Both the position numbers and the translations under genes were made by a program. Under the pieces are notes generated by a model, which did no database searches, had not been told where the DNA came from, and worked only from the letters and a program-made list of their open reading frames with translations. 64,000 nt of DNA from positions 32,001 to 96,000 of the forward strand of contig JAVZLS010000001.1 in assembly GCA_038883715.1 (NCBI GenBank), in the 5' to 3' direction. The number at the start of each line of letters is the position of its first letter. The first letter of the stretch is position 1. Positions 1 to 9,503 of this stretch are shown one piece after another. The DNA is from Candidatus Bathyarchaeia archaeon. GTDB lineage: Archaea > Thermoproteota > Bathyarchaeia > Bathyarchaeales > Bathycorpusculaceae.

Positions 1-128
1 ACATTGGGAAAAAGCGAATAGGGATTCTAGGCGAAGTCCACCCACAAGTCCTAAACAACTTTGAACTGGAAAACCCAACAGCAGCCCTCGAAATAGACCT
101 AGAATGGGCCAAAGCGCTAAAAATCTAG
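1..128 (+). CDS. pheT: Phenylalanyl-tRNA synthetase beta subunit, 3' end (partial)
   Basis: Manual translation from position 3 gives IGKKRIGILGEVHPQVLNNFELENPTAALEIDL..., the typical archaeal PheT C-terminus; TAG at 126-128. Confidence 0.85.
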   Translation, partial: IGKKRIGILGEVHPQVLNNFELENPTAALEIDLEWAKALKI

Positions 129-170
129 AGAGGGGTATCCAATTCTAGCAACAACCCACAACCTAAAATT
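120..170 (+). repeat. Dispersed ~50-bp repeat, copy A
   Basis: AAAATCTAGAGAGGGGTATCCAATTCTAGCAACAACCCACAACCTAAAATT matches the reverse complement of 22540-22587 with 2 substitutions and 3 single-base indels. Confidence 0.8.
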
Positions 171-335
171 GGCGCACGGGTGTAACGATGACTACCCATA
201 ACTTTCTGAATGGTTTGTTTAGAAATGTAGAAGAACAAAATAGCCCTCGTAATTCCTCTCCTCAATAGAATAGAAGATTTTTCCGAAAATTTTAAGCCAA
301 CATCGATAGATTAATGACCGAGGAGATGGGAAAGA

Positions 336-812
336 ATGAAGGTTGCAAGTGAAAAATGGAAGAAGATATTTGAAGGACATAGGCTTGAAATTCTGGTGGT
401 ATCTATTTGCGTTTTACTGTCGGCCTCAATAATAGTTTACGCCTTGAATTACCTTTGGTCTGGTTCAGTTGGTGCTACAATCACCACAGAAGTGGAAAAC
501 ATCAAAGTTTATGATCAGCTTGGAAATGAGGTGACTTCAATAAACTTCGGCAATTTAAATCCAAGCTCAATTATAAGCGTGACATTAAAAATAAAGAATA
601 TTAGCCCAAACGCAACAATCACAATAACTTGGGAGTCAACCGCTTCGAGCGTCACTAACAACAAAATAACAGACTATTGGACATACGGCGGAAACAATCT
701 TCATGTGTCGCTATCTCCAGGTCAAGAAATAACAACCACCTATAGAATTTATGTTGCTTCGGATTGCCCATTGCAATCCTATTCTTGGACACTTTACATT
801 ATACCTGGATAA
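336..812 (+). CDS. Hypothetical membrane-anchored/secreted beta-rich protein
   Basis: 158-aa ORF; N-terminal hydrophobic helix followed by a Thr/Ser/Asn-rich beta-type domain. Confidence 0.7.
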   Translation: MKVASEKWKKIFEGHRLEILVVSICVLLSASIIVYALNYLWSGSVGATITTEVENIKVYDQLGNEVTSINFGNLNPSSIISVTLKIKNISPNATITITWESTASSVTNNKITDYWTYGGNNLHVSLSPGQEITTTYRIYVASDCPLQSYSWTLYIIPG

Positions 813-839
813 AAATATCCAAGAAGCGCGGGGCTTTAA

Positions 840-2324
840 ATGGATCGCAAGACTACAATAGTGACATGTGCAATTCTTATTCTAATCTTTATCAGCGCTA
901 CAGTTTACGGTGCTTTTGTAAGTCTTTGGAGAGCTTCTGTAACTGTCACCGTTACGGCTGCATCCTTTAAAAAAAGTCTGCAGATTCTTACAAGACCTTA
1001 CGTGCCAATCGCAAATTTAACCGTCAACTATGAATTAATTGGCCAAAGTGGCGGAGAAAATGTTTATAGAATAACTGGGATTCAATTACGTTTAATAGGG
1101 TATACCGGCTACTACCGAGTTTTTATCCGCGATTCCAACAAAAACATAATCTGGTCAACATGGGGTTTCTGCGGAACAGGTTTTATCAAGAGTTTTACGC
1201 CTACATCAAATGTTAAAAGTTCATACGAGATAGGCATATCAATTAAAGGGGTAGACGATATCGCTGCGATTGTAAAACCATTTCTTAAATTCACAGACTG
1301 GTATGTGGAAGCCGCAGAGAAGCTGAGTGAAAACTCGTTCCTCCTATCACTTATTCTCGATGTTATCAGCAATCTAGCCGATATGCTCAAACCAGAAGAC
1401 GTCGACTTATGGAAAGCCACTCCAGTAGCTGTCGCCAAATCTTCCGCGGCTCAATTTGACCCGGAAACTCCGCAATGGTCGGAACCAACAAGTTTGGCCA
1501 GTCTCCTTCTGTCCTACTTACACAGCCCCGGCGAGTTGAGAGTTTACGATTCCATTGGACGTGTAACAGGCCTAATTAGTGGGGAAATTGTAGAGGAAAT
1601 ACCAAACTCAGTATACTTTAACAACACCGTAATTATATTTCCAGCAAATGATTCATACATTTATGAAGTTGCAGGTATAGAAGAAGGAGTATACGGAATC
1701 GTCACAGCTCATATCCCAGAAGAAGAAGGCAGCGCGTTCATCGCCGGAGACATACCTGTTTCATCAAGCACCATACACCAATTCATCATCGATTGGGCTG
1801 CCCTTACCCTGAATGAAGGAGGCGTAATTGTGAAGGATGACTCTAATGCAGATGGAATTTTCGAGCGCATTTTTGCTTCGGATAATGAACTGGACCAAGA
1901 GGAGTTTGAATTAGCCGCTATAAGATTTCAGGCAATTTGGGAAAACATTTCCTATTCAGTGTTCATTTCAACCAACTCAACCGTGTCAAACTTCGCTTTC
2001 AATCAGAACCAAGCAATTGTCCGCTTTAATCTAAAAGGGACATCCGGTTCGCACGGCTACTGTAACGTCACTATCCCAGCGACGCTTCTTAAAGGAGAGC
2101 CGTGGGCTGTCTTGTTAAATGGAACAAACTGGAGTTTTACAGCGACACAAAATGAAACCCATAGCTTCATACGCTTCAATTATACTCACACGAGCACATA
2201 CGAAGTTATAATTCAGGGAACATGGGTCGTGCCAGAATTTCCATCAACTCCAGTTTTACTATCCTTTATCCTTATGATCTCCACCACAATAATTCTGCTG
2301 AAGAAAAGAAGGCAAAAACTCTAA
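840..2324 (+). CDS. Cell-surface protein with PEF-CTERM sorting signal
   Basis: N-terminal signal/TM, many N-x-S/T sequons, C-terminal VVPEF + TM helix + KKRRQK. Confidence 0.8.
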   Translation: MDRKTTIVTCAILILIFISATVYGAFVSLWRASVTVTVTAASFKKSLQILTRPYVPIANLTVNYELIGQSGGENVYRITGIQLRLIGYTGYYRVFIRDSNKNIIWSTWGFCGTGFIKSFTPTSNVKSSYEIGISIKGVDDIAAIVKPFLKFTDWYVEAAEKLSENSFLLSLILDVISNLADMLKPEDVDLWKATPVAVAKSSAAQFDPETPQWSEPTSLASLLLSYLHSPGELRVYDSIGRVTGLISGEIVEEIPNSVYFNNTVIIFPANDSYIYEVAGIEEGVYGIVTAHIPEEEGSAFIAGDIPVSSSTIHQFIIDWAALTLNEGGVIVKDDSNADGIFERIFASDNELDQEEFELAAIRFQAIWENISYSVFISTNSTVSNFAFNQNQAIVRFNLKGTSGSHGYCNVTIPATLLKGEPWAVLLNGTNWSFTATQNETHSFIRFNYTHTSTYEVIIQGTWVVPEFPSTPVLLSFILMISTTIILLKKRRQKL

Positions 2325-2590
2325 ACACCCCAAACTTTTTCCCATTAAATTATTGCTAAAAGTGAAATGACACCAGTTAAGCTCGTTGAAGACCTAACAG
2401 AAATAGGATAGAGCTTTTGCCCTTAACAATACCAGTGTCCTTTCAAAATTTCTAGAAAGGCTACCCCCAAAATCTAGAAGGATATTAACTCATTATCTTT
2501 ACATTTGGCTGCATTAAATTTATCTTCACGTTATATAATAGCCCCTCAACAGAAGTAAACGCAATTCATATTGCTTTCTTCAAAGTCGAA

Positions 2591-2895
2591 GCAAAGAGAA
2601 TAGCGCATAAACTTGCTAATCCAAGGCGTTAAAGAATATCATTTCATACTTTGCATCATTGGAAAGTCACAATGGAATACGCAAAAACAAAGGACATACT
2701 ACATGTCATGCGCATGCTGGGACATAAAACATAAAGAACACCCTAATTTACACCCATCTTGTTGAAGGCTTAAGAGAAGACGAGTTCACATGTAAAGTGG
2801 CACGCACGCCTGAAGAAACTATCCAGCTTATAGAGGCCGGATTCGAATATGTCTGCAGTGACGGCGACCTAAAATACTTCAGAAAAAGGAAGTGA
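2591..2895 (+). pseudogene. Tyrosine recombinase/integrase C-terminal remnant
   Basis: Manual translation AKRIAHKLANPRR*RISFHTLHHWKVTMEYAKTKDILHVMRMLGHK/IKNTLIYTHL...EAGFEYVC...FRKRK*; in-frame TAA at 2630-2632, HxxR changed to HTLH, frameshift after LGHK, catalytic Tyr retained. Confidence 0.85.
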
Positions 2896-2933
2896 GCGGA
2901 ATGTCGTGGACTCATTCCAAACTATATAAAGAA

Positions 2934-3043
2934 TGCCGGGGGCGGGATTTGAGCCCGCGACCTCCAGATCTCTTATCTTCTGAGCCCCATTCAAGCCTTT
3001 TGATTATGAGTCTGGCGCCCATTCCAGGCTAGGCTACCCCGGC
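2934..3043 (-). tRNA. tRNA-Met(CAT), elongator type, with 35-nt intron at 37/38 (2970-3004)
   Basis: GCCGGGG/CCCCGGC acceptor stem; CCAGA-CT-CAT-A[intron]A-TCTGG anticodon arm; BHB-like junction. Confidence 0.9.
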
Positions 3044-3080
3044 ACCACCACTTCAATAATCAGATGAAAGTTGCTTCTTG

Positions 3081-3791
3081 TTATTTCTTTCGCTTCAGCC
3101 TTTCAACTCCGTCACGTTTTCCGAGGTAAACCAGATCAGCCATATCCACGAAAAGTCCAGTCTCCACTATTCCAGGAACCATTTTCAGCTTCTTCTCTAA
3201 TTCTGTCGGATTCTTTATTAATCCGAAGTCCACGTCTATTATGAAGTTGCCATTGTCTGTTATAATTGGGCCGACTTTTCCGCTGCCTTCTCTTATTTTC
3301 GGCCTTCCGCCTAACGCGCTTAATTTCTGTGCTACAAAGGATGCGGCGAAGGGTAAAACTTCTATTGGTAGTCTTTGGCCATTTTCGCCTAAGATTTTGG
3401 CTTTCTTTCTCTCATCCGCTATTATTATTAGGGTTTTGGATGCCGCAGCAACTATTTTTTCGCGGGTTAGGGCGCCGCCCATGCCCTTAATTAGGTTTAG
3501 ATTTTCGTCTATTTGGTCTGCTCCATCTATTGTCAAGTCTATTGTGGGGTTCTCCTCTAATGTCGTTGTTGGAATGCCATTCTTTACTGCCAGCATAAGG
3601 GCTTGGTATGATGTTGGCACTGCCTTTACACGTAATTTGTTGGCTCTTATTCTTTTTCCAATTTCTTCGGCGGCGTAGGCTACTGTGCTTCCGCTGCCGA
3701 GCCCTAATACAAATCCGTCTTTAACGTGTTTGACTGCTTCTAGTGCGGCATTCCTCTTTGCCTTTTCCACATCTTCTTCTCTAAGTTTCAA
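3081..3791 (-). CDS. rpiA: Ribose-5-phosphate isomerase A
   Basis: GLGSGST, DGADQ, IKGMGGALTREK motifs. Confidence 0.95.
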   Translation of the reverse strand: MKLREEDVEKAKRNAALEAVKHVKDGFVLGLGSGSTVAYAAEEIGKRIRANKLRVKAVPTSYQALMLAVKNGIPTTTLEENPTIDLTIDGADQIDENLNLIKGMGGALTREKIVAAASKTLIIIADERKKAKILGENGQRLPIEVLPFAASFVAQKLSALGGRPKIREGSGKVGPIITDNGNFIIDVDFGLIKNPTELEKKLKMVPGIVETGLFVDMADLVYLGKRDGVERLKRKK

Positions 3792-4491
3792 TTTCCATCT
3801 GCCCCAGTCTTTCCAGAACTTTTTCCACTTCGGCTCTAATCTCTTCTATGCGCTTTTCAGCTTCAGTCCTCGGAGAGGGCTTGGCGGGTGGTTTCCTCCT
3901 CTTTTTCGCTTTTTCTTCAGTTTCCGCTGCTTCTGGTTTTTCCTCAATCTCCGTGGGTTTCGCCGGTTTTGGTGCCGGTATTGTTATCTCCTTCACTGGT
4001 TTGGCCTCAACCTTTGAGCGGAGTTCCTCGATTTTTGAGCTTATCTCGTCAAAGCGTTCGCTGAAAAGTTTTATTAGGTCTTCCTGCATGGCTTCAAGCT
4101 CATGTAAGGCCACAAGAGACTCGTCCTTTGCAATAGCCTCCTTAACGATCATCATTCGCTCCTTATATGTTTGGGCGAGTCTATCCCGCTCTTCCTCAGT
4201 TATTTTGCCCTCGGCATGAGCCTCGTAAAGCTTCCTTATGGCGTCGCTTAAAATCTCCCTCTCCAAGTCCAGTATCCTAAGCTCTTCTCTGGCGCGGGCA
4301 GCCTCCTCCGGAGAAACAGTCTTAACAATTTTAAATGGCAAAGCCTCCTCAGGCTTAACTTCAATTTTTTCGGAAGCTTTCTTCTCCCCCTTCCCCCTCC
4401 GCCCCATAGCGTAAAAAACTATCAGAAGGGCAGCAACCACTCCCACCACTGCTATTACGAGCGCGTAGGTTTGGGGCTCATCAAGGGGCAA
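3781..4491 (-). CDS. Hypothetical single-TM coiled-coil protein
   Basis: N-terminal TM, Glu/Lys-rich helical body; overlaps the rpiA start. Confidence 0.7.
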   Translation of the reverse strand: MPLDEPQTYALVIAVVGVVAALLIVFYAMGRRGKGEKKASEKIEVKPEEALPFKIVKTVSPEEAARAREELRILDLEREILSDAIRKLYEAHAEGKITEEERDRLAQTYKERMMIVKEAIAKDESLVALHELEAMQEDLIKLFSERFDEISSKIEELRSKVEAKPVKEITIPAPKPAKPTEIEEKPEAAETEEKAKKRRKPPAKPSPRTEAEKRIEEIRAEVEKVLERLGQMEIET

Positions 4492-4611
4492 AAAGCTTCT
4501 CCCTCTTAATCTCCATTAGAGTTTCTTTTTGGATATATAAATTATCCAGAGCATGGTACATGTGAAACTTTATAACTTTTGAGATCTAAAATTGAGGGCT
4601 AGGTGTAGTAT

Positions 4612-6033
4612 ATGAATCGAGAGAAAGTTTTTAAATATATCGAAGACCATTTTGAGGAGCATCTTGGACGATTGCAGGAGCTTGTCAGACAGCCTTCCAT
4701 ATCAGCTGAAAACCTTGGAATACGTGAATGTGCAACCCTCCTCAGGGATTATTTGAAGCGTTTGGGCTGTAAGGACGCTCGTCTTGTGGAGACTTCTGGC
4801 AATCCAGTGGTTTACGGATATTATGATGCTGGCGCCGATAAAACAGTCATAATTTACATGATGTATGACACACAGCCAGTGGACGAGCCTGGCTGGACTG
4901 TTCCGCCACTGGAAGGACGTGTTGTTGAGATGCCGCCTTTTGGAAAATGCCTTGTCGCCAGAGGCGCCATAAACACTAAAGGGGAGCTCGGCGCCTTTTT
5001 GAATGCTTGTGAATCTATAACAGCTGTTGGCGAAGAAATTCCGCTTAACTTAATTTTTGTGGCTGAAGGCGAAGAAGAGCTTGGAAGCCGCCACCTACCG
5101 GAGTTCATAAATGAGTACTTGAATGTTTTGAAGGAGGCGGATGCTGTTTTCTTCCCAACAGCCGACCAAGACGAAAAAGGCAAGGTTCAAATGACATTGG
5201 GCGTCAAGGGAATAGTCTATTTCGAACTTGAGCTCGACGGGAAAAGTTGGGGTTACGGACCAACAGAGTTTGACATCCATGGCAGCAACAAGGCTTGGGT
5301 TGACAGCCCAGCGCTGCGCATGATACAGGCCCTCAGCACCTTTACATCAAAGGATGGAAATAAGGTCTTGGTTGAAGGCTTCTACGACAATGTTGCTCCT
5401 CCAAGTCCTGAAGACATGGAATTAATAGAGAAGCTGGAAAAGACCTTCGATGAAGAAACCATCAAAAAAGAGATGAAGGTTGAGCGTTTTATCGACGACG
5501 TTCATGGAAAAGAGGCGCTGCTAAAATATCTCTATTCGCCAACTCTAAACATTGATGGCATATGGAGCGGCTACATTGGCCCAGGCACTAAAACCGTTTT
5601 ACCCCACAAAATAACTGTAAAAATAGATGTTCGCTTAGTGCCAAACATGACTGTTGAAGAAGTTATACCAAAGATAAGGAGACACTTGGACAAACATGGC
5701 TTCAAGGAGATAAAAATAATTCAGCTTGAAGAAGGGTATGGATGGGCAAAAACAAGTGTGCGCGAACCAGCCGCCCAAGCTGTTATAAAGACCTACCGCG
5801 AGTTCGGCTACGAACCCGAAATATGGCCCCACATGGCTGGAAGCGCACCCTTCTGTATGTTCAACAGAGAGCCACTAAACCTTCCATTCGTTGAGGGAGG
5901 CATAGGCCACGGCGGAAGAGCCCATGCACCAAACGAATACATAGTCGTTGGGGAGGAGGGACCAACGGGAGGCCTAATAACCCTCGAGAAATCCTATGTT
6001 GCCATATTGGATAATCTCTCAAAAATGTTATGA
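4612..6033 (+). CDS. M20/M25/M40 family metallopeptidase (dipeptidase-like)
   Basis: YDTQP, ARGA..KG, EGEEE, AHAPNE motifs. Confidence 0.9.
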   Translation: MNREKVFKYIEDHFEEHLGRLQELVRQPSISAENLGIRECATLLRDYLKRLGCKDARLVETSGNPVVYGYYDAGADKTVIIYMMYDTQPVDEPGWTVPPLEGRVVEMPPFGKCLVARGAINTKGELGAFLNACESITAVGEEIPLNLIFVAEGEEELGSRHLPEFINEYLNVLKEADAVFFPTADQDEKGKVQMTLGVKGIVYFELELDGKSWGYGPTEFDIHGSNKAWVDSPALRMIQALSTFTSKDGNKVLVEGFYDNVAPPSPEDMELIEKLEKTFDEETIKKEMKVERFIDDVHGKEALLKYLYSPTLNIDGIWSGYIGPGTKTVLPHKITVKIDVRLVPNMTVEEVIPKIRRHLDKHGFKEIKIIQLEEGYGWAKTSVREPAAQAVIKTYREFGYEPEIWPHMAGSAPFCMFNREPLNLPFVEGGIGHGGRAHAPNEYIVVGEEGPTGGLITLEKSYVAILDNLSKML

Positions 6034-6096
6034 AAGCCAAGAAAACTTAATAAATCAACATTTTCCTTCTATTCATCTTGGCATCTCGCCCTAAAA

Positions 6097-6174
6097 GCCC
6101 TGGTAGTATAGTCCGGTCTAGTATAGGCGGCTGTCGCCCGCCCGACCCGGGTTCAAATCCCGGCCAGGGCGCCA
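6097..6174 (+). tRNA. tRNA-Asp(GTC)
   Basis: GCCCTGG/CCAGGGC acceptor stem; GGCGG-CT-GTC-GC-CCGCC anticodon arm; GGTTCAAATCC; encoded CCA. Confidence 0.95.
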
Positions 6175-6184
6175 AAACCAAAAA

Positions 6185-7369
6185 CTAACATGAGCTGCCT
6201 AGCCTTTTTCGATGAGAGTCTAGGAAATCTTTGAATCTCGATAATCCTTCTTTTAAGGCTTCAGTTTTGCATCCATAACCGATGCGTAGGTATCCTTCCA
6301 TTTCGAAGCATGAGCCCGGGACTAATAGTGTTCTCTTTTCTTTTATGAGGCGAAGGCAAAGGGCTTCTGATGGCATTTTTAGGCTATAACGAAGGAAGGC
6401 TATGCTTCCCGCCCTTGGAGGAATCCAATTGATTAATGGTTCATTTTCAATCCATTTGGAGAGAATCTGGTGATTGGTGCGGACGATTTTGAGGTTGCGT
6501 TTAAAGATCTTATCCACGTTTTTAACGGCTAGAGTCGCGAGGGCATCATCTATTAAACCATTGCTAATTGTTGTATAATCTTTATGAAGCTTGCATTCCT
6601 CAATAATCTCCTCGCTGGCGGCTATCCACCCTAACCTCAAACCTGTAAGCGAAAAAGCCTTAGAAAAAGAACCGGTTGCTATGGCATTATCACTTAAATC
6701 GGCAACGGATGGAACGTAATCGTCTGGGTTTATGTATAAACCCCTATAGGCTTCGTCGCAAAGTAAATAGGCCCCTGCATCTTCTGCAAGGGAGCAAATT
6801 TCTTTCAAAAACTTATCGTCAAAAAGAGCTCCGGTGGGATTGTGGGGATTTATAAGCACGATGAGTTTGGTTTTGTCGTCGACAAGTTCAGATAATTCGT
6901 TAATATCTGGAAGCCAGCAGTTTTCTTCTCGCAATTTTAAAAATTTAACGTTGGCGCCGAAGGATTTGGCTACGCTGTAGAGCTGCTGATAGGCTGGAAA
7001 AATGGAAATAACCGTATCTCCGGGTTCAACAAGAGTGTAGAAAACAAGGAAGTTTGCGCCTATAGCTCCACCAGAAATGAGAATGTTTTCTGGTTTCATG
7101 CGCTTGTATAGTCTCGCAATTCCCTCTCTGAGCTCTGGAGAACCGTCAACGAAGCCGTATGTAAGTTGTGTTCCTTTGAACTCTTCAAAAAACTTTTCTC
7201 TGCCCATAAGGATTAGAAATTCGCCTAAGGTGAATGGATTGACACATGTTTCTGCAAGGTTGAGCTCCACTTCATGTTCGTAGGAGCCTATGAATCTTTC
7301 AACTAGGAATTTATCCACTTTCATGTTTTTCAGCTCTTTTGAACTTTCAAATTTTGACATGTAAGACAA
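6185..7369 (-). CDS. Class I/II PLP-dependent aminotransferase
   Basis: NPHNPTG, DEAY, SFSKAFSLTGLRLGW; true start may be the Met at 7324. Confidence 0.9.
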   Translation of the reverse strand: MSYMSKFESSKELKNMKVDKFLVERFIGSYEHEVELNLAETCVNPFTLGEFLILMGREKFFEEFKGTQLTYGFVDGSPELREGIARLYKRMKPENILISGGAIGANFLVFYTLVEPGDTVISIFPAYQQLYSVAKSFGANVKFLKLREENCWLPDINELSELVDDKTKLIVLINPHNPTGALFDDKFLKEICSLAEDAGAYLLCDEAYRGLYINPDDYVPSVADLSDNAIATGSFSKAFSLTGLRLGWIAASEEIIEECKLHKDYTTISNGLIDDALATLAVKNVDKIFKRNLKIVRTNHQILSKWIENEPLINWIPPRAGSIAFLRYSLKMPSEALCLRLIKEKRTLLVPGSCFEMEGYLRIGYGCKTEALKEGLSRFKDFLDSHRKRLGSSC

Positions 7370-7441
7370 TTAAGTTTTCTGGTGAATGCTGGTTAACATA
7401 AAGCATATGAATGTGTTTTAATCAGATTTTGATGAGCAACC

Positions 7442-8803
7442 TTGCGGTTTTCTCAAAGGCTTGTAGATAGGTGTTCGCCAAACGTTTGGCTATTTGATGT
7501 TCTAAGGGATTCAGGTGTGGCTGCGGATGTAAGTTATAATGGAAGTCAGGTTGTTGTTAAGGCTTCTAGAAGCGGTTTATGTGTTGCTTGTAAGGGTTCA
7601 CGTTTTCTCTGCGGAAAGACTCGTTGTCCAATAATTGTTAGGGCTAACTACTTCTTGAAAAGTGTTCCGTTGATGCAAAGTGAGGATATTGCTGGGGCTT
7701 CTCCTCCAAGTGTTTTTGTTGGTAGGATTGGCTATCCATATGTTTACGCTGGACCCCTTGTTCCGCCTGTGCAAGAGGACACAAGCCTTTATGACCTGCC
7801 GGAATACTGGTTTGGAAAATCTATCGACGAAATTGTTGGTTTCCGCTCTATGCTCATTCGTGGTAAGCATCGTGTTCATGTGCAGAAGTTTTTGGAAGCT
7901 GGAAAAATTATTGAGAAAACCAGGGAGCTTGCCTTAGCTGTTAAACCCGTTGATGTCGAGCTTCTTTTGAAGAAAAAACCTAGAGGCTTCATAGTTTTGG
8001 ACGATGAAGTTCAGCCTTTTGGTCCTTCTGCGCCCATACGCGACTTAAGGGTTGGATATGCCCGGTGGGATCATCAAATTGAGAAAGCCTATTATGATAC
8101 GGATTTGAAGGCTGCGGAGGCGGTTTTAGAGCTTTACAACAAAGGTGTTTTGGTAACGAAGATTCAAAGAGCTTTTAGCGTTGGCGCCTTTGGTATGGAA
8201 AAGAATAGGCGTCTTGTGCCAACCCGCTGGAGTATAACAGCCGTTGACAGCATAATCTCAAAGGAGCTTATGGAAAAAGTGAAGACTTTTCCAGAAATAA
8301 GCGAATATCGCGTTTACGAGTCTCGCTATTTGGACAACATTTTTGAAGTTTTAATGATTCCGGGCAAGTGGAGCTATGAAGCCATAGAGGCTTGGTATCC
8401 GGGCACCGTTTGGAACCCCCATGGAAGAAGTGTTATAATGTTTTCCGACTGGGAAGGCTATGAGGGGCGAACAACATATGCTGAAATTGGTGGATGCTAC
8501 TACGCGGCGCGTTTGGCTGTCTGCGAACAACTCGTTAGGGAGCAGCGCCAAGCAACGGTCATAGTGCTTCGGGAGGCTCATCCTGGCTACATAATGCCGG
8601 TCGGCGTCTGGCAAGTTCGTGAAAACGTTAGGAATGCCATGCGCCAGAAACCCTACACTTTCAAAACTTTAGATGAGGCCCTAAAGTTTATTGCAAGCCG
8701 CTTTAAGATTCCTATTCGCCAGTGGATTATGCGCAGCGAACTTTTAAAGGATGCCCTTTTCCAGAAAAGGATAACGGATTTCTTGGAAAAAGTTAAAGGC
8801 TGA
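7442..8803 (+). CDS. nreA: Nre family DNA repair protein
   Basis: CxxC...CG...CP zinc site, SPPSVFVG, RRLVPTRWSITAVD, C-terminal PIP box QKRITDFL. Confidence 0.88.
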   Translation: MRFSQRLVDRCSPNVWLFDVLRDSGVAADVSYNGSQVVVKASRSGLCVACKGSRFLCGKTRCPIIVRANYFLKSVPLMQSEDIAGASPPSVFVGRIGYPYVYAGPLVPPVQEDTSLYDLPEYWFGKSIDEIVGFRSMLIRGKHRVHVQKFLEAGKIIEKTRELALAVKPVDVELLLKKKPRGFIVLDDEVQPFGPSAPIRDLRVGYARWDHQIEKAYYDTDLKAAEAVLELYNKGVLVTKIQRAFSVGAFGMEKNRRLVPTRWSITAVDSIISKELMEKVKTFPEISEYRVYESRYLDNIFEVLMIPGKWSYEAIEAWYPGTVWNPHGRSVIMFSDWEGYEGRTTYAEIGGCYYAARLAVCEQLVREQRQATVIVLREAHPGYIMPVGVWQVRENVRNAMRQKPYTFKTLDEALKFIASRFKIPIRQWIMRSELLKDALFQKRITDFLEKVKG

Positions 8804-8814
8804 CGGTTAAAGCC

Positions 8815-9420
8815 ATGTCGAGGATAAGAAAGTTTTTGGCAACATTATATCACGCCTTTTTCAACTTTGTACTCAACTCGTTTAAGAGCATCAACCGAAA
8901 GATTAGGTCGAAGCTTCCAGTTTGGCGCATGAAAGAGGAAACAAGAGAGCACGTCCAGTCATCCATAAAGGTTTTCAAGTGGATAATCTTGCCTGCAAGC
9001 CTCCTCTACGTTTTCCTAGAGTTCTACTTTTTCGGCGAAAATGCCCTGGACACAATGCTCTGGGGGTTGGCGGTTTTCTTTTACAGCAACTTCCTACCAG
9101 ACTTACCGTCCATATACAGAAGAAAAGCCAAAAACAATGGTGGGAAAGATCTTTCATGGTATAAACGCTACGCCATACTTTTATTCGCGCCATTGCTTGT
9201 TTGGATTTTGTTTTCGGGTATACGACTAAACTGGAGAACCACGGAAACCTACCATAACTTCAAATCTTTAACAGTTTACTGCGTTTTCCTCTTTTTTGTT
9301 GGCTTTTTCGCCTTCGTGAAATTTCCCGTACAAACTGGGAATTTTATTAAAATTCTTGTCTTTCCGCTTTATGGTTTAGCTGGATATCTGACGCATTTAA
9401 AAGTGGATAAAATCTGGTGA
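8815..9420 (+). CDS. Membrane protein, YdjM-like metal-dependent hydrolase motifs
   Basis: Multiple TMs; LPDL...H...GYLTHLxxD pattern. Confidence 0.5.
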   Translation: MSRIRKFLATLYHAFFNFVLNSFKSINRKIRSKLPVWRMKEETREHVQSSIKVFKWIILPASLLYVFLEFYFFGENALDTMLWGLAVFFYSNFLPDLPSIYRRKAKNNGGKDLSWYKRYAILLFAPLLVWILFSGIRLNWRTTETYHNFKSLTVYCVFLFFVGFFAFVKFPVQTGNFIKILVFPLYGLAGYLTHLKVDKIW

Positions 9421-9503
9421 GGTATTAGACAATGGTTGCTAAAACTTCCCAAACTATGCTGCTTTACGGAGAAAATAATTTATAAACGCTGACGTAGTTA
9501 GTT

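Noticed and set aside
129-335. Second att site (duplicate of the tRNA-Met 3' end)
   Set aside because: No match to TGCCGGGGGCGGGATTTGA found by eye
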